Source: an uncultured delta proteobacterium (GTDB taxonomy: Bacteria > Desulfobacterota > Binatia > UBA9968). From it: a stretch of 64,000 nt of DNA. Positions 39,225 through 48,128 of the stretch are shown one piece after another. How positions within the stretch are numbered: position 1 is the stretch's first letter; each line of letters opens with the position of its first letter. The notes under the pieces were generated by a model. It ran no database searches. It was not told the DNA's origin and saw nothing but the letters and a program-made list of their open reading frames with translations. Where the stretch lies: assembly GCA_963755715.1 (NCBI GenBank), contig CAVWLW010000030.1, forward strand, positions 32,001 through 96,000. Reading direction: 5' to 3'. Both the position numbers and the translations under genes were made by a program.

Positions 39225-40796
39225 ATGGCAAACGCAAAACGAGACGGCGCTGCGCCGGAAGAAGTGAGAGATCTCAGGCGGGCAATCGAGTGGATGAAGA
39301 AAGAAGGTGACATTATTATCACCGACAAAGAAGTCGACCCCAATCTCGAAATCACCGGCATCCAAAAACGGCTGGACGGCGGTTGCCCGATCCTTTTCAA
39401 CAACGTTAAGGGCAAGCCTCAGCATCGTTGCATCACCAACCTCTTCGGCGACATGAACGTCATCAACAAGATGTTCGGCTGGAAGGATCACGCCGATCGG
39501 ACCCGAAAACTTGCCTATGCGATCACTCACCCGATTGCGCCGATTGTGGTCGATCAAAAAGATGCGCCGGTACAGGAAGAAGTTTACGAAAAACCGGCTG
39601 AAGCCAACGACTACGTCGTGCCGATCCGCCACACCAACATCGAGCCGGAGTTGACCGTCGGCTCCGGCAACCGCTTAATCTCGGGCGAATATTTCAACGG
39701 CGGCACGGACCTCGGCTATAACCGCATGAATTTTCGCTGGGGCAACGTGGGGACATTCCAAATTTCTCCCGGCTCGCACATGTGGCAAGTCGTGAGCAAA
39801 TATTACAAAGACAATAAGATGGTCCCGATCACGATGAATTTCGGTTTGCCGCCGGCCGGCTCGCTGCTCGCCGGCGCTGGCTTCGACTATGTTATCCTGC
39901 CGCAAGGTTGCGACGAAGTCGGTATGGCCGGAGCCGTGCAAGGCGCGCCGATGCGCTTGGTGAAAGCCCGCACCATCGATGCTTACGCTTTAGCCGATGC
40001 CGAAGTCATTCTCGAAGGCTATGTAAATCCCCGCGACCGCCGTTTCGAGACCGCGGAGTCGGAAAAGGCCGGAATTCAAGGTCGCTTTCACTTCCATCCC
40101 GAATGGGCCGGCTATATGGGCAAAGCCTACAAAGCACCGACGTTTCATGTCACCGCCGTGACGACCCGTAAACGGGAAGGCAAGCCGATTATCTTTCCAC
40201 TCGGCGTGCACACGCTCGACGATCACAACATCGATACGACGATCCGTGAAGCGGCGATGTTCGAGCTCTGCGAACGCATGCAGCCCGGCATCATCATGGA
40301 CGTCAACATTCCTTACTGCATGACGGATTGGGGCGGAGCGATCATCCAGGTCAAGAAGCGCAATCGCATCGAAGAAGGGTGGCAGCGCAATTTCATGGCC
40401 GCGATCCTCGCGACTTCGCAGGGCTCGCGTTTGGTCATCGCCGTCAGCGAAGATTCCGACCCTTACGACATGGATGACATCATTTGGAATCTCACCACCC
40501 GCGTCAATCCAAAAACCGATATCATCAACCCGCTACCGGGCGGTCGCGGCCAAACTTTTATGCCGGCCGAGCGCATGACTGCCGGCGAAAAAGAGTGGAC
40601 CGCATCGAATACCAGTTTCGAAGGCGGCATGGGCATCGACGCGACCGTGCCTTTCGGTTACGAGAGCGACTTCATGCGCCCGGTTTATCCGGTCGACAGA
40701 GTCGAACTTTCGAAATGGTTCAGTGAGAAAGATATTCAGAACGCCAAGAGTCGCATGCAAGGCTGGGTGCATTCGTTAGCGCGCACCGGCCGTTAA
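39225..40796 (+). CDS. UbiD-family prFMN decarboxylase, phthaloyl-CoA decarboxylase (PhtDa/Pcd)-like
   Basis: 523 aa; YNRMNFRWGNVGTFQISPGSHMW, QGRFHFHPEWAGYMGKAYKAPTFHV, IPYCMTDWGG and terminal SLARTGR match my recollection of characterised Pcd sequences; GGAGG RBS. Confidence 0.8.
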   Translation: MANAKRDGAAPEEVRDLRRAIEWMKKEGDIIITDKEVDPNLEITGIQKRLDGGCPILFNNVKGKPQHRCITNLFGDMNVINKMFGWKDHADRTRKLAYAITHPIAPIVVDQKDAPVQEEVYEKPAEANDYVVPIRHTNIEPELTVGSGNRLISGEYFNGGTDLGYNRMNFRWGNVGTFQISPGSHMWQVVSKYYKDNKMVPITMNFGLPPAGSLLAGAGFDYVILPQGCDEVGMAGAVQGAPMRLVKARTIDAYALADAEVILEGYVNPRDRRFETAESEKAGIQGRFHFHPEWAGYMGKAYKAPTFHVTAVTTRKREGKPIIFPLGVHTLDDHNIDTTIREAAMFELCERMQPGIIMDVNIPYCMTDWGGAIIQVKKRNRIEEGWQRNFMAAILATSQGSRLVIAVSEDSDPYDMDDIIWNLTTRVNPKTDIINPLPGGRGQTFMPAERMTAGEKEWTASNTSFEGGMGIDATVPFGYESDFMRPVYPVDRVELSKWFSEKDIQNAKSRMQGWVHSLARTGR

Positions 40797-40815
40797 GCCG
40801 CTGTCGCAAATCCAT

Positions 40816-40858
40816 AGCGCCAGAGGGGAAAATGAAATTCCTTGACCTCTCTGGCGCT
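40816..40858 (+). terminator. Stem-loop downstream of the UbiD gene
   Basis: AGCGCCAGAGG...CCTCTCTGGCGCT imperfect inverted repeat; weak U-tract. Confidence 0.4.
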
Positions 40859-41082
40859 TCCGACCCATTGAAACTATTATCTGAAAAATATCCAGGCGCG
40901 TAAAATCGCGACTCTTCAGCGCGTTGTTTTCCTGCAAAGCGAATTTTTTAGAAAAATCCCGTCTCATCGATATTTTTCCGGGATCCGCGTTGACAGGATG
41001 TAATGGGTCTGATAGCCAAGTGAAAGTTTTTCAAGTTGCCGCCGCCCAGCAACTTCGATAGATCCTCTCCTGAGTTGAAAGT

Positions 41083-41778
41083 ATGGAGAACCGTCGTCAA
41101 ACAACGCTTGCTCGTACTTTACGGCGCGCCGCCGGATGCAGCAAACTCGTCGTCATCGCAGTGCTGTTTGTTCCGCCGCTTTTGGCGTTCCAATCGCGAT
41201 CGCAACAAGGCACCGTTGCTGCGCCCACGCGCATCGTCAAAGGGGTCGAGGTTGCCGCCAAACCCCGCTCCCGGGAATTGATTAAAATCTACTCGATTAT
41301 CAAGGCGCACCGTCCCGATGTTTCGGAGGCAGAAACATGGAGAGTTGCGGAAGTCGTCTGGGAGGAATGCGCCAAACGCAAAATCGATCCATTGCTCGTG
41401 TTAGCGCTGATCAAGATCGAGAGCGGCTTTCAATATGCCGCGGTGTCGCCCGTAGGCGCGCGCGGCATCATGCAAATCATGCCGGATACGGCCCGATCGT
41501 TGACCCACAGCGTCGGCGGCAATTACGGCATTCGGCCGGCGGCGTTCAGACCGGAAGCGCTCGACGATCCGTTGCTCAATATTCGCCTCGGTGTTTACTA
41601 TCTGCATGGTTTAAAAACCCAGTTCCAGGATCTAAATCTCACGCTGAGCGCCTATAACTTCGGGCCGGCGGAGCTGCAAAACCGCCTCGACAACAATCTT
41701 GACTATTCGTCCGACTTCGCTGCCTTGGTTCTCGACGCTTACCAACGTTACCAGCAGGCAAAGCACCCGGCATTTTAG
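41083..41778 (+). CDS. Lytic transglycosylase (SLT domain) with N-terminal anchor
   Basis: LALIKIESGF, SPVGARGIMQIMP, NIRLGVYYL and AYNFGP. Confidence 0.9.
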   Translation: MENRRQTTLARTLRRAAGCSKLVVIAVLFVPPLLAFQSRSQQGTVAAPTRIVKGVEVAAKPRSRELIKIYSIIKAHRPDVSEAETWRVAEVVWEECAKRKIDPLLVLALIKIESGFQYAAVSPVGARGIMQIMPDTARSLTHSVGGNYGIRPAAFRPEALDDPLLNIRLGVYYLHGLKTQFQDLNLTLSAYNFGPAELQNRLDNNLDYSSDFAALVLDAYQRYQQAKHPAF

Positions 41779-41975
41779 TAATCTCTTTTATCCGTTCGGT
41801 TTTTCGGTGCGAAATGGTCGTGTCCGACGAGCGTGATCGTCCGGCATGGCAGCACACACGAACAGGGGAAAAATAAGGAACTATCCGGTGCCAGCCACGA
41901 GTCTCATAGCAACGCCGGCTATTCTCATGATAAATAGATTCGATCCCGTCGCTCCGCTTTAGGCTCGTTGAAAAG

Positions 41976-42431
41976 ATGTTGCTCACGCAAGAAGCTTGGA
42001 CCGAAATCTCGCGGCACGCGCAGGAGACCTTTCCTGAAGAGTGTTGCGGCGTCATATTTTCAGCGGGCGCAACCGACCAGGTGGTTCGGGTGAAAAATAT
42101 CCAGAACCGACTGCACGCGCTCGATCCTCAGACTTATCCGCGCACGGCGGTGATCGCCTACGCCATGGACCCTTTGGAACTCGATTCGGTGATTCGCCAG
42201 GGCGAAGAAAAAGGCCGGCGGCTCAAGGCCTTTTATCACTCGCACCCGAACCACGATGCCTACTTCTCCGATGAAGACAAGGCGTTTGCCAGCCCCTTCG
42301 GCGAGCCGACGTACCCCGACGTGGCGCAGATCGTTATTTCGATTTACAATCGCGCCGTGAAGGTGATCCGCGCCTTTGAATGGTCCGCCGCACGGAACGA
42401 CTTCGCCGAAGTGCCCCTCGACCGTTTGTAA
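41976..42431 (+). CDS. JAB/MPN (M67) metallopeptidase, Mec-like
   Basis: PEECCG and an intact JAMM motif YHSHP....FS..D. Confidence 0.88.
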   Translation: MLLTQEAWTEISRHAQETFPEECCGVIFSAGATDQVVRVKNIQNRLHALDPQTYPRTAVIAYAMDPLELDSVIRQGEEKGRRLKAFYHSHPNHDAYFSDEDKAFASPFGEPTYPDVAQIVISIYNRAVKVIRAFEWSAARNDFAEVPLDRL

Positions 42432-42435
42432 CCGC

Positions 42436-43308
42436 ATGGCCGAAGCACGCGAAACCTTCGTCGACTCTCAGGGACTGCCGATTCATTGCCTCGAGTGGGG
42501 CAAGCCCGCCGGCGAACCGCTCGTGCTCATTCATGGCTATCTCGATCTCGCGTATAGCTGGCGCGCCTTCGTGGCGGCACTGGAAAAAAAACACGGCGAT
42601 ACGCCGTGGATCATCGCACCCGACTGCCGCGGCCATGGCGACAGCGGCTGGGTGGGCGCCGGCGGCTATTATCATTTTCCCGATTACGTATTCGATCTTG
42701 ACTGCGTGACGCGAGCGTTCGGCGCGCCGGGCATCCGGTTGATCGGCCACTCAATGGGAGGAACCATTTCGCTTCTGTACGCCGGCACGTTCCCCAAGCA
42801 CGTCTCCAAGTTAATGCTCATCGAAGGCATCGGCCCGCTCGGCATGAGCTACGCGGACGCGCCGCCACGCATGGAAAAGTGGATCGCGGAAGTACGCGAG
42901 CGCGGCCGACGCCATTTTCGCGAGTACACGAGCGTCGAGGCAGGCGCCAGCCAGTTGCGCCAAACCAATCCGAGATTGCATCCCACTCTAGCGCTCGATT
43001 TGGCGCGCGCCGCGATGAAACAGAATGACAAGGGCAAATGGGTTTGGAAATTCGATCCGCTGCACCGCACCCTCACGCCGCAACCTTTTTATACGGCACA
43101 GGCTCTTGAATTTCTGCGCCGTATCGAATGCCCTGTTTTAATCGTCGATGGCAAGGAAAGCCGCCAGGCGCGGCGCACCGACAAACAAGAAAGATATGAC
43201 GCGATCGCGAACTATCGTCGCGCCACGATCGACAGGGCCGGCCACATGGTGCATCAGGACAACCCCGAGCAGTTGGCAGAAGTTGTCGCGGCTTTTTTGG
43301 AATCGTAA
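42436..43308 (+). CDS. Alpha/beta fold hydrolase
   Basis: LIHGY, DCRGHGDS, GHSMGG and AGHMVHQD. Confidence 0.92.
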   Translation: MAEARETFVDSQGLPIHCLEWGKPAGEPLVLIHGYLDLAYSWRAFVAALEKKHGDTPWIIAPDCRGHGDSGWVGAGGYYHFPDYVFDLDCVTRAFGAPGIRLIGHSMGGTISLLYAGTFPKHVSKLMLIEGIGPLGMSYADAPPRMEKWIAEVRERGRRHFREYTSVEAGASQLRQTNPRLHPTLALDLARAAMKQNDKGKWVWKFDPLHRTLTPQPFYTAQALEFLRRIECPVLIVDGKESRQARRTDKQERYDAIANYRRATIDRAGHMVHQDNPEQLAEVVAAFLES

Positions 43309-43510
43309 CCCAGTCTTCATTTATAAATGATAGAATTATGAAGCCAGTCGCGCGGCTGGAAAATTCGCCCGGTGAGACCGATGTTTCATGCGCCGGAAGA
43401 CCTTGACTATTGAAGTCGATTTCGGTGATTATAGCGCTGCGATTATTGAGACCGCTTGATGACTATGGGAAACTACAAAGAAGTGATTCTGTTGATGCAA
43501 AGGACGACCC

Positions 43511-43966
43511 GTGCGCAAAGGCCATACATCGCGCAAGACCGGCGATCCTCTCGATAAGTCGGCGCGCGATTCGCGAGAAGTAACCGTATCGACGACGCGG
43601 CGAAGGAACCGTCCACGCGCCGAGTCGTCGTCGCCCAATATTGACCTGACCCTGAAACATTTCCACCGTCGCAATGAAGGAGCGCTCACGTCGGGGGACG
43701 GCAAGAGGCTTTACCTACGAGTCGGCGATGAGGTCAATCACCTGCGTTATGAAGAGTGGGGCTTGGGAGTGGTAATGGAAGTGATGACATCGTCGGTTCC
43801 GGGCGGCACCTGTCTCGCCCGCGTGCGCTTTCAAGACGGACAGTTACGCTGCTTTAACAACGATCTTGACAACCAGGCCTGTTGCTACTATTTCGGAGTA
43901 CGGCGCTACTGGAACCCGACCGAAGGCGTCGAAGCCATTCGGACACAATTCTTTTTAAGGAGATAG
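43511..43966 (+). CDS. DUF3553-like protein (start uncertain)
   Basis: LYLRVGDEVNH...EWGLGVV...GG.C..RVRFQDG..R.F.NDLD...CCYY.G. Confidence 0.6.
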   Translation: MRKGHTSRKTGDPLDKSARDSREVTVSTTRRRNRPRAESSSPNIDLTLKHFHRRNEGALTSGDGKRLYLRVGDEVNHLRYEEWGLGVVMEVMTSSVPGGTCLARVRFQDGQLRCFNNDLDNQACCYYFGVRRYWNPTEGVEAIRTQFFLRR

Positions 43967-43970
43967 CTTC

Positions 43971-44294
43971 ATGTCTACACGATGGAAATTCTTTGCCGCC
44001 GCCTTCGCCCTAGCTCTCACCTTTTTGTCGCCGCCTTCGCTAAAAGCGGAAGACGTCGTGGAAAATGCCGGTGTCGCCATCGGTGTCAGCATCGGAAATG
44101 TTCTTTTTCTGCCGATCAAAGCAATTTCGATGACCATGGGCGTATTCAGCGCCGGATTCTCCTACGCTGTCACCGGGAATGCCGACCTAACCAAGCAAAT
44201 TTGGCAGGACACAACCCAGGGCCCCTACGTGATTACGCCTGACCTCGCCCGTACCTCGATCGGGCAACGCCCGGAGCTCCTTGAGAAAAAATAA
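43971..44294 (+). CDS. Hypothetical exported/membrane protein
   Basis: Signal peptide and a hydrophobic core; AAGGAG RBS. Confidence 0.65.
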   Translation: MSTRWKFFAAAFALALTFLSPPSLKAEDVVENAGVAIGVSIGNVLFLPIKAISMTMGVFSAGFSYAVTGNADLTKQIWQDTTQGPYVITPDLARTSIGQRPELLEKK

Positions 44295-44345
44295 AAAACG
44301 GCATGCAGCCTTACTCGAATGAGCATGGCAGCATGCCGTTTTTTT
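44293..44345. terminator. Bidirectional terminator between convergent genes
   Basis: AAAAAACGGCATGC...GCATGCCGTTTTTTT. Confidence 0.8.
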
Positions 44346-44367
44346 CGCGTCTTGCCGTTCGTACCGC

Positions 44368-45102
44368 TTAAGCTAAATTTGTTTTGAAGAAGCTAACGGT
44401 TCTTCCCCATGCGTCCTTGGCCGCTTCGGGATTGTAGCGGTCTGCGTTGGTATTGTTGTTAAACGCATGTTTCGCGCCCGGATAAACTTTACAATCAAAC
44501 TTTTTCCCCGCCTTCTGTAGCGCCGCCTTCAAAGGCTCCACGCCCGGCATGATGTTCGCGTCATCTTCGGCATAGTTCCCCATCACCGAACAAGGAATGT
44601 TGGCGACGGAATCAAGTGGATCCGGGTTGCGGCCGTAGTAGACAACCGCAGCGTTCAGATCCTTGCTCTTGGTGGCGAAATTTAGCGACTGACCGCCGCC
44701 CCAGCAGTAGCCGACCACGCCGACTTTGCCGTTGACGTAGTTCTGCTTTTTCATATAAGCCACTGCTGACGCCAAATCCTCGGCCACCATGGTTCCGTTT
44801 ACCTTCTGAATTTCTTTGGTGGCCTCATCACTGCCATTCCATTTGTCACTGCCACCGATCCGGCCCATGCAGTCCACCGCGATCGCCGCGAAGCCGTCTT
44901 TAGCGAAGTGCCGCGCCACGTCTTTGATATGACCCACGAGTCCCCGGTTTTCGTGAATCACGAGCACCGTACCCAGATTCGTCCCGCTCTTCGGCCGTGC
45001 TACATAAGCGTTGACGGTTCCGGCTTGACCGGGGAATGAGACCATTTCCGAGGTCAAACTGGAATCATTCGGATCGACGATATTTTCTATAGTCTGAGCC
45101 AT
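44368..45102 (-). CDS. Dienelactone hydrolase family protein
   Basis: VIHENRGL, VGYCWGG, YYG and HAFNN. Confidence 0.93.
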   Translation of the reverse strand: MAQTIENIVDPNDSSLTSEMVSFPGQAGTVNAYVARPKSGTNLGTVLVIHENRGLVGHIKDVARHFAKDGFAAIAVDCMGRIGGSDKWNGSDEATKEIQKVNGTMVAEDLASAVAYMKKQNYVNGKVGVVGYCWGGGQSLNFATKSKDLNAAVVYYGRNPDPLDSVANIPCSVMGNYAEDDANIMPGVEPLKAALQKAGKKFDCKVYPGAKHAFNNNTNADRYNPEAAKDAWGRTVSFFKTNLA

Positions 45103-45278
45103 TGTAAAACCTCCTTCAGCAAATTTTTAAATCATTCGCCCCAGCTATAGCTAAAAACAAAATTCAAATCCAGACCCATTTGCCGGATTGTAGGCCCTCA
45201 AAACAGCAACGGCGCCTTGACGGCGCCGCTGTTCGTGGAACTCGCGATTTTCTCTGAAACGAAGAAGGAATCAGCGTC

Positions 45279-45626
45279 TCACGCCGAGGTCGAGCTCGCG
45301 GCGGAAGATGACTTTTCACCGCTCGACGGAGTGCTCTCGCTTTTCTTACTCTCTGTCTTAGTTTCCGTCTTGGTTTCTTTGCTTTCTTTATTATTTGAAT
45401 CCGCAGGCGACTTGGCGGTTTTATCGTCCTTGGCATCGCCGTTTTGGCCTTTACGCGCGTAGTCGGTGACGTACCAGCCGGTACCTTTCAGTTGGAACGA
45501 AGTGTTCGAGATAAGCTTTTTGACTTTATTCTTACAAGTGGGACATTTGCTCAGCGACTTCTCGGTGATTCTTTGCGTGACCTCGAAGGTGCCGCATTTT
45601 TGGCATTGATACTCGTAGATAGGCAT
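45279..45626 (-). CDS. FmdB-family zinc ribbon protein
   Basis: [27 protein letters not shown] plus a low-complexity tail. Confidence 0.92.
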   Translation of the reverse strand: MPIYEYQCQKCGTFEVTQRITEKSLSKCPTCKNKVKKLISNTSFQLKGTGWYVTDYARKGQNGDAKDDKTAKSPADSNNKESKETKTETKTESKKSESTPSSGEKSSSAASSTSA

Positions 45627-45708
45627 GAAAAATCCTCAACTTAGCTGTTTGTCGGATAACTTAACCACAGTCTTCGATGATGTCAATTGAAGCTCATGAC
45701 GGCTCCAT

Positions 45709-46065
45709 TCACGCCCGCGCATTGCGGTCCGAGCCGTCTTCTTTGACATGCGGCCCGCCGAATCCTTCCGAGCGGTTGCCGAACAGCACCAGCGGTTCCG
45801 TTCCGTTGTTGGTAATTTGATAATAGTCCTTGGCTTCCAAGAAAAGCACCTCATTTTTACGAATCGGCCGCTCCTCGCCTTTCAAACCTTTGACCACGCC
45901 GCTCCCGGACAAGACCAAAAAAGTTTCCGGATTGGCGTGGTAGTGCATATCCGTGCCGTCACCTGGAACGAAATAAAGCATCCAAGATCGGAAATTACCG
46001 GCACCGAATAAATGGATATTGCGTTTTTTTGTCGAAATCATTTCGTCGAGATTCTTTACGTCCAT
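45709..46065 (-). CDS. Cupin domain protein
   Basis: PGDGTDMHYH..PETFLVLSGSG and YQITNNGTEPL; AAGGAGG RBS; divergent from the 46209 operon. Confidence 0.85.
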   Translation of the reverse strand: MDVKNLDEMISTKKRNIHLFGAGNFRSWMLYFVPGDGTDMHYHANPETFLVLSGSGVVKGLKGEERPIRKNEVLFLEAKDYYQITNNGTEPLVLFGNRSEGFGGPHVKEDGSDRNARA

Positions 46066-46208
46066 TGCGATCCTCCTTAGACTAATTTTTTGATTCTAGC
46101 CTAGCTCTCTTGTTTTGAGCAAGCGTCGCGAATCGAGCTTGACAGCCAAATGGGGCTGCAATATTGGTGCTCGGTAAACCGTTTATCTAAACGATGGAGG
46201 CGTTTCGC

Positions 46209-46952
46209 ATGCTAAAACTCAACGAGTCGCAAGCCGAAGAATTTATCGCCGATCTTGCCGCGAAATGCGACCGCCGCTGGAAGGAAACCGTCGATAAGAC
46301 CCGTTTTATGGACGAGCTGCGCGAAGGCAAGCTAAAAAAAGCAACGCTGCAGCTTTTTTACAAGAACTGGGGCTCCTTTGTGCCGGTGATCAATTCGGTT
46401 TACACCTCGGCCTTTTATAAGCATCTCTGGTTTTTCGTTAAAAACGTCGACTTGATGGAGGTCTACACTCAAAAAGTTCTCGACGAGTTCGGCCATCCTT
46501 GCCCGCCGGGGCATATTCAGATCCTGATGAGCACGGGCAAAGCCCTGGGTCTGAGTAAAGAGGAAGTGCTCCTTTCACCGATGCTGCCGGAGTGCCGGGC
46601 GCTGCCCGACTTTCATCGCACTCTGATCAACGACGGGCAGATTCAGGAGTATTGGTTTTCGGTTCTTTGGGAGCATCCCTTCGGCAATTCTTGTCTGGAT
46701 TTTTTCAAAGCCCTCACCACGCATTACGGTCTCAGCACGGCCGACGCGAGTTATTTTTCCAAACATCACGAAGCCGACACCATGGATCATCTGGATCGAA
46801 AATCACACGGCGCGGTGACGCAGACGGTTTTGGTCCGGCTGCTGCAGGAAGGCATCAGCGAGCGGCCGGGCTATTCGGCGGAATACTGCGCCGTCACGCC
46901 GGCGGATTTGAACAAGATGTTCATGGACGGCTGCTATAAGGCAACGCATTAG
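46209..46952 (+). CDS. Heme-oxygenase-like diiron enzyme (CADD/PqqC/TenA fold), paralog 1
   Basis: FMDELREGKL, DEFGHPCPPGH, ALGL, WE and YFSKHHEAD..H...H give an E/H/E/H/D/H ligand set; GGAGG RBS. Confidence 0.75.
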   Translation: MLKLNESQAEEFIADLAAKCDRRWKETVDKTRFMDELREGKLKKATLQLFYKNWGSFVPVINSVYTSAFYKHLWFFVKNVDLMEVYTQKVLDEFGHPCPPGHIQILMSTGKALGLSKEEVLLSPMLPECRALPDFHRTLINDGQIQEYWFSVLWEHPFGNSCLDFFKALTTHYGLSTADASYFSKHHEADTMDHLDRKSHGAVTQTVLVRLLQEGISERPGYSAEYCAVTPADLNKMFMDGCYKATH

Positions 46953-46957
46953 TCGAA

Positions 46958-48040
46958 ATGCCGCGAAGCGAGAACAAAATGTCGTTGGCAGAGCTCAATC
47001 AGAAACTCAAAGAGCAAAATCTCATCGGCTACTGGACGATTCCCAATACCAGCACCGGCTTTCGCGAGCCGGAGCCGACCTTCCGGCCCTTCCTTTGGAA
47101 ATGGAAGGAGATTCGCGCGGCGCTCGATCAAGCCGCGCAGCTTATCCGTCCCGAAGAAGCGTTCCGCCGATTTATCGGTTACCAGCACCCTGAATTGAAA
47201 TTGGGCACGGCGCACACTCTGCTCATGGGTGCGCAAATGGTCCGGCCCGGCGAGTTTGCGCCGGCGCACCGTCACACCATGGGCGCGATCCGCTTCGTCG
47301 TCGAGGGCCACGGCGCGACAACCATCGTCGAAGGCGAGCCCTTGCCGATGGAGCCGGGCGATTTGATCACGACACCGAGTTGGAATTGGCACGACCACGT
47401 CAATAGCGGCGACACACCGATCATCTGGCTTGACGGCGCCGACGGACCGATGCTGCACTATTATCAAGCCGGTTTTGCCAACCCGTTTCACGAGCGCCAA
47501 CAGACCGTGAGCAAGCCTGAAGATTGGTCAAAAAAAACCTACGGCGCCTTGCGTCCGCAGTCCACGCCGCAACCGACGTCGAGTCTTTACCGCCCGCCCT
47601 ATCGCTACGCCTGGAAAGACACGGAAGAGATTTTTGCAGCGATGGCTGAAGCGCCCGGCGATCCCTACGACGGAGTTTTGCTGCACTATGCGGACCCGCT
47701 CAGCGGCGGGTCGACTTTGCCGACGATGAATTGCCAAGTGCAAATGTTTCGCCCCGGTGAGAAAGGCCGCTCGCATCGTCACACACACTCGGTCGTGTAC
47801 CATGCTTTTCGCGGCTCGGGCACGACTTGGGTCGGCAATGAGAAATTCGACTGGCAGCAAGGCGATTCCTTTGTCGTGCCGCTCTGGAGCTGGCACGCCC
47901 ATGAAAATAATTCGGGTGAGCCGGCGATATTATTTTCCATCAATGACCGGCCGGCGATCGAAGCGTTGGGGTTTTTCAGAGAAGAAACGAGGGAGAAAGT
48001 CTTACGTCAGCATCTCCAGTGTCAAACGGGTGTCACCTGA
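46958..48040 (+). CDS. Gentisate 1,2-dioxygenase-like bicupin
   Basis: LWKW, PGEFAPAHRHT..AIRF, GDLITTPSWNWHDH, WLDG.D.P, TLPTM, HRHT and VVPLWSWHAH. Confidence 0.88.
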   Translation: MPRSENKMSLAELNQKLKEQNLIGYWTIPNTSTGFREPEPTFRPFLWKWKEIRAALDQAAQLIRPEEAFRRFIGYQHPELKLGTAHTLLMGAQMVRPGEFAPAHRHTMGAIRFVVEGHGATTIVEGEPLPMEPGDLITTPSWNWHDHVNSGDTPIIWLDGADGPMLHYYQAGFANPFHERQQTVSKPEDWSKKTYGALRPQSTPQPTSSLYRPPYRYAWKDTEEIFAAMAEAPGDPYDGVLLHYADPLSGGSTLPTMNCQVQMFRPGEKGRSHRHTHSVVYHAFRGSGTTWVGNEKFDWQQGDSFVVPLWSWHAHENNSGEPAILFSINDRPAIEALGFFREETREKVLRQHLQCQTGVT

Positions 48041-48056
48041 GCGAATGCGAAGGGTC
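48031..48056 (+). repeat. Degenerate half-copy of a short palindromic intergenic repeat
   Basis: TGTCACCTGAGCGAATGCGAAGGGTC resembles the TGTCATCCTGAGCGAAGCGAAGG-type repeat. Confidence 0.4.
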
Positions 48057-48128
48057 GCGTTCGTCGAATTCTCCTACCGTCAGACACCAGAACTTTAGAC
48101 TGCGATTCGAGTTTTTAGACAAGTGAAC

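Noticed and set aside
41780-41975. Possible small minus-strand lipoprotein or ncRNA
   Set aside because: It would need several frame changes, and I found no convincing structure.
41976-42431. JAB protein as part of CBASS or another ubiquitin-like defence system
   Set aside because: No CD-NTase, E1/E2 or effector genes; the sequence looks Mec-like.
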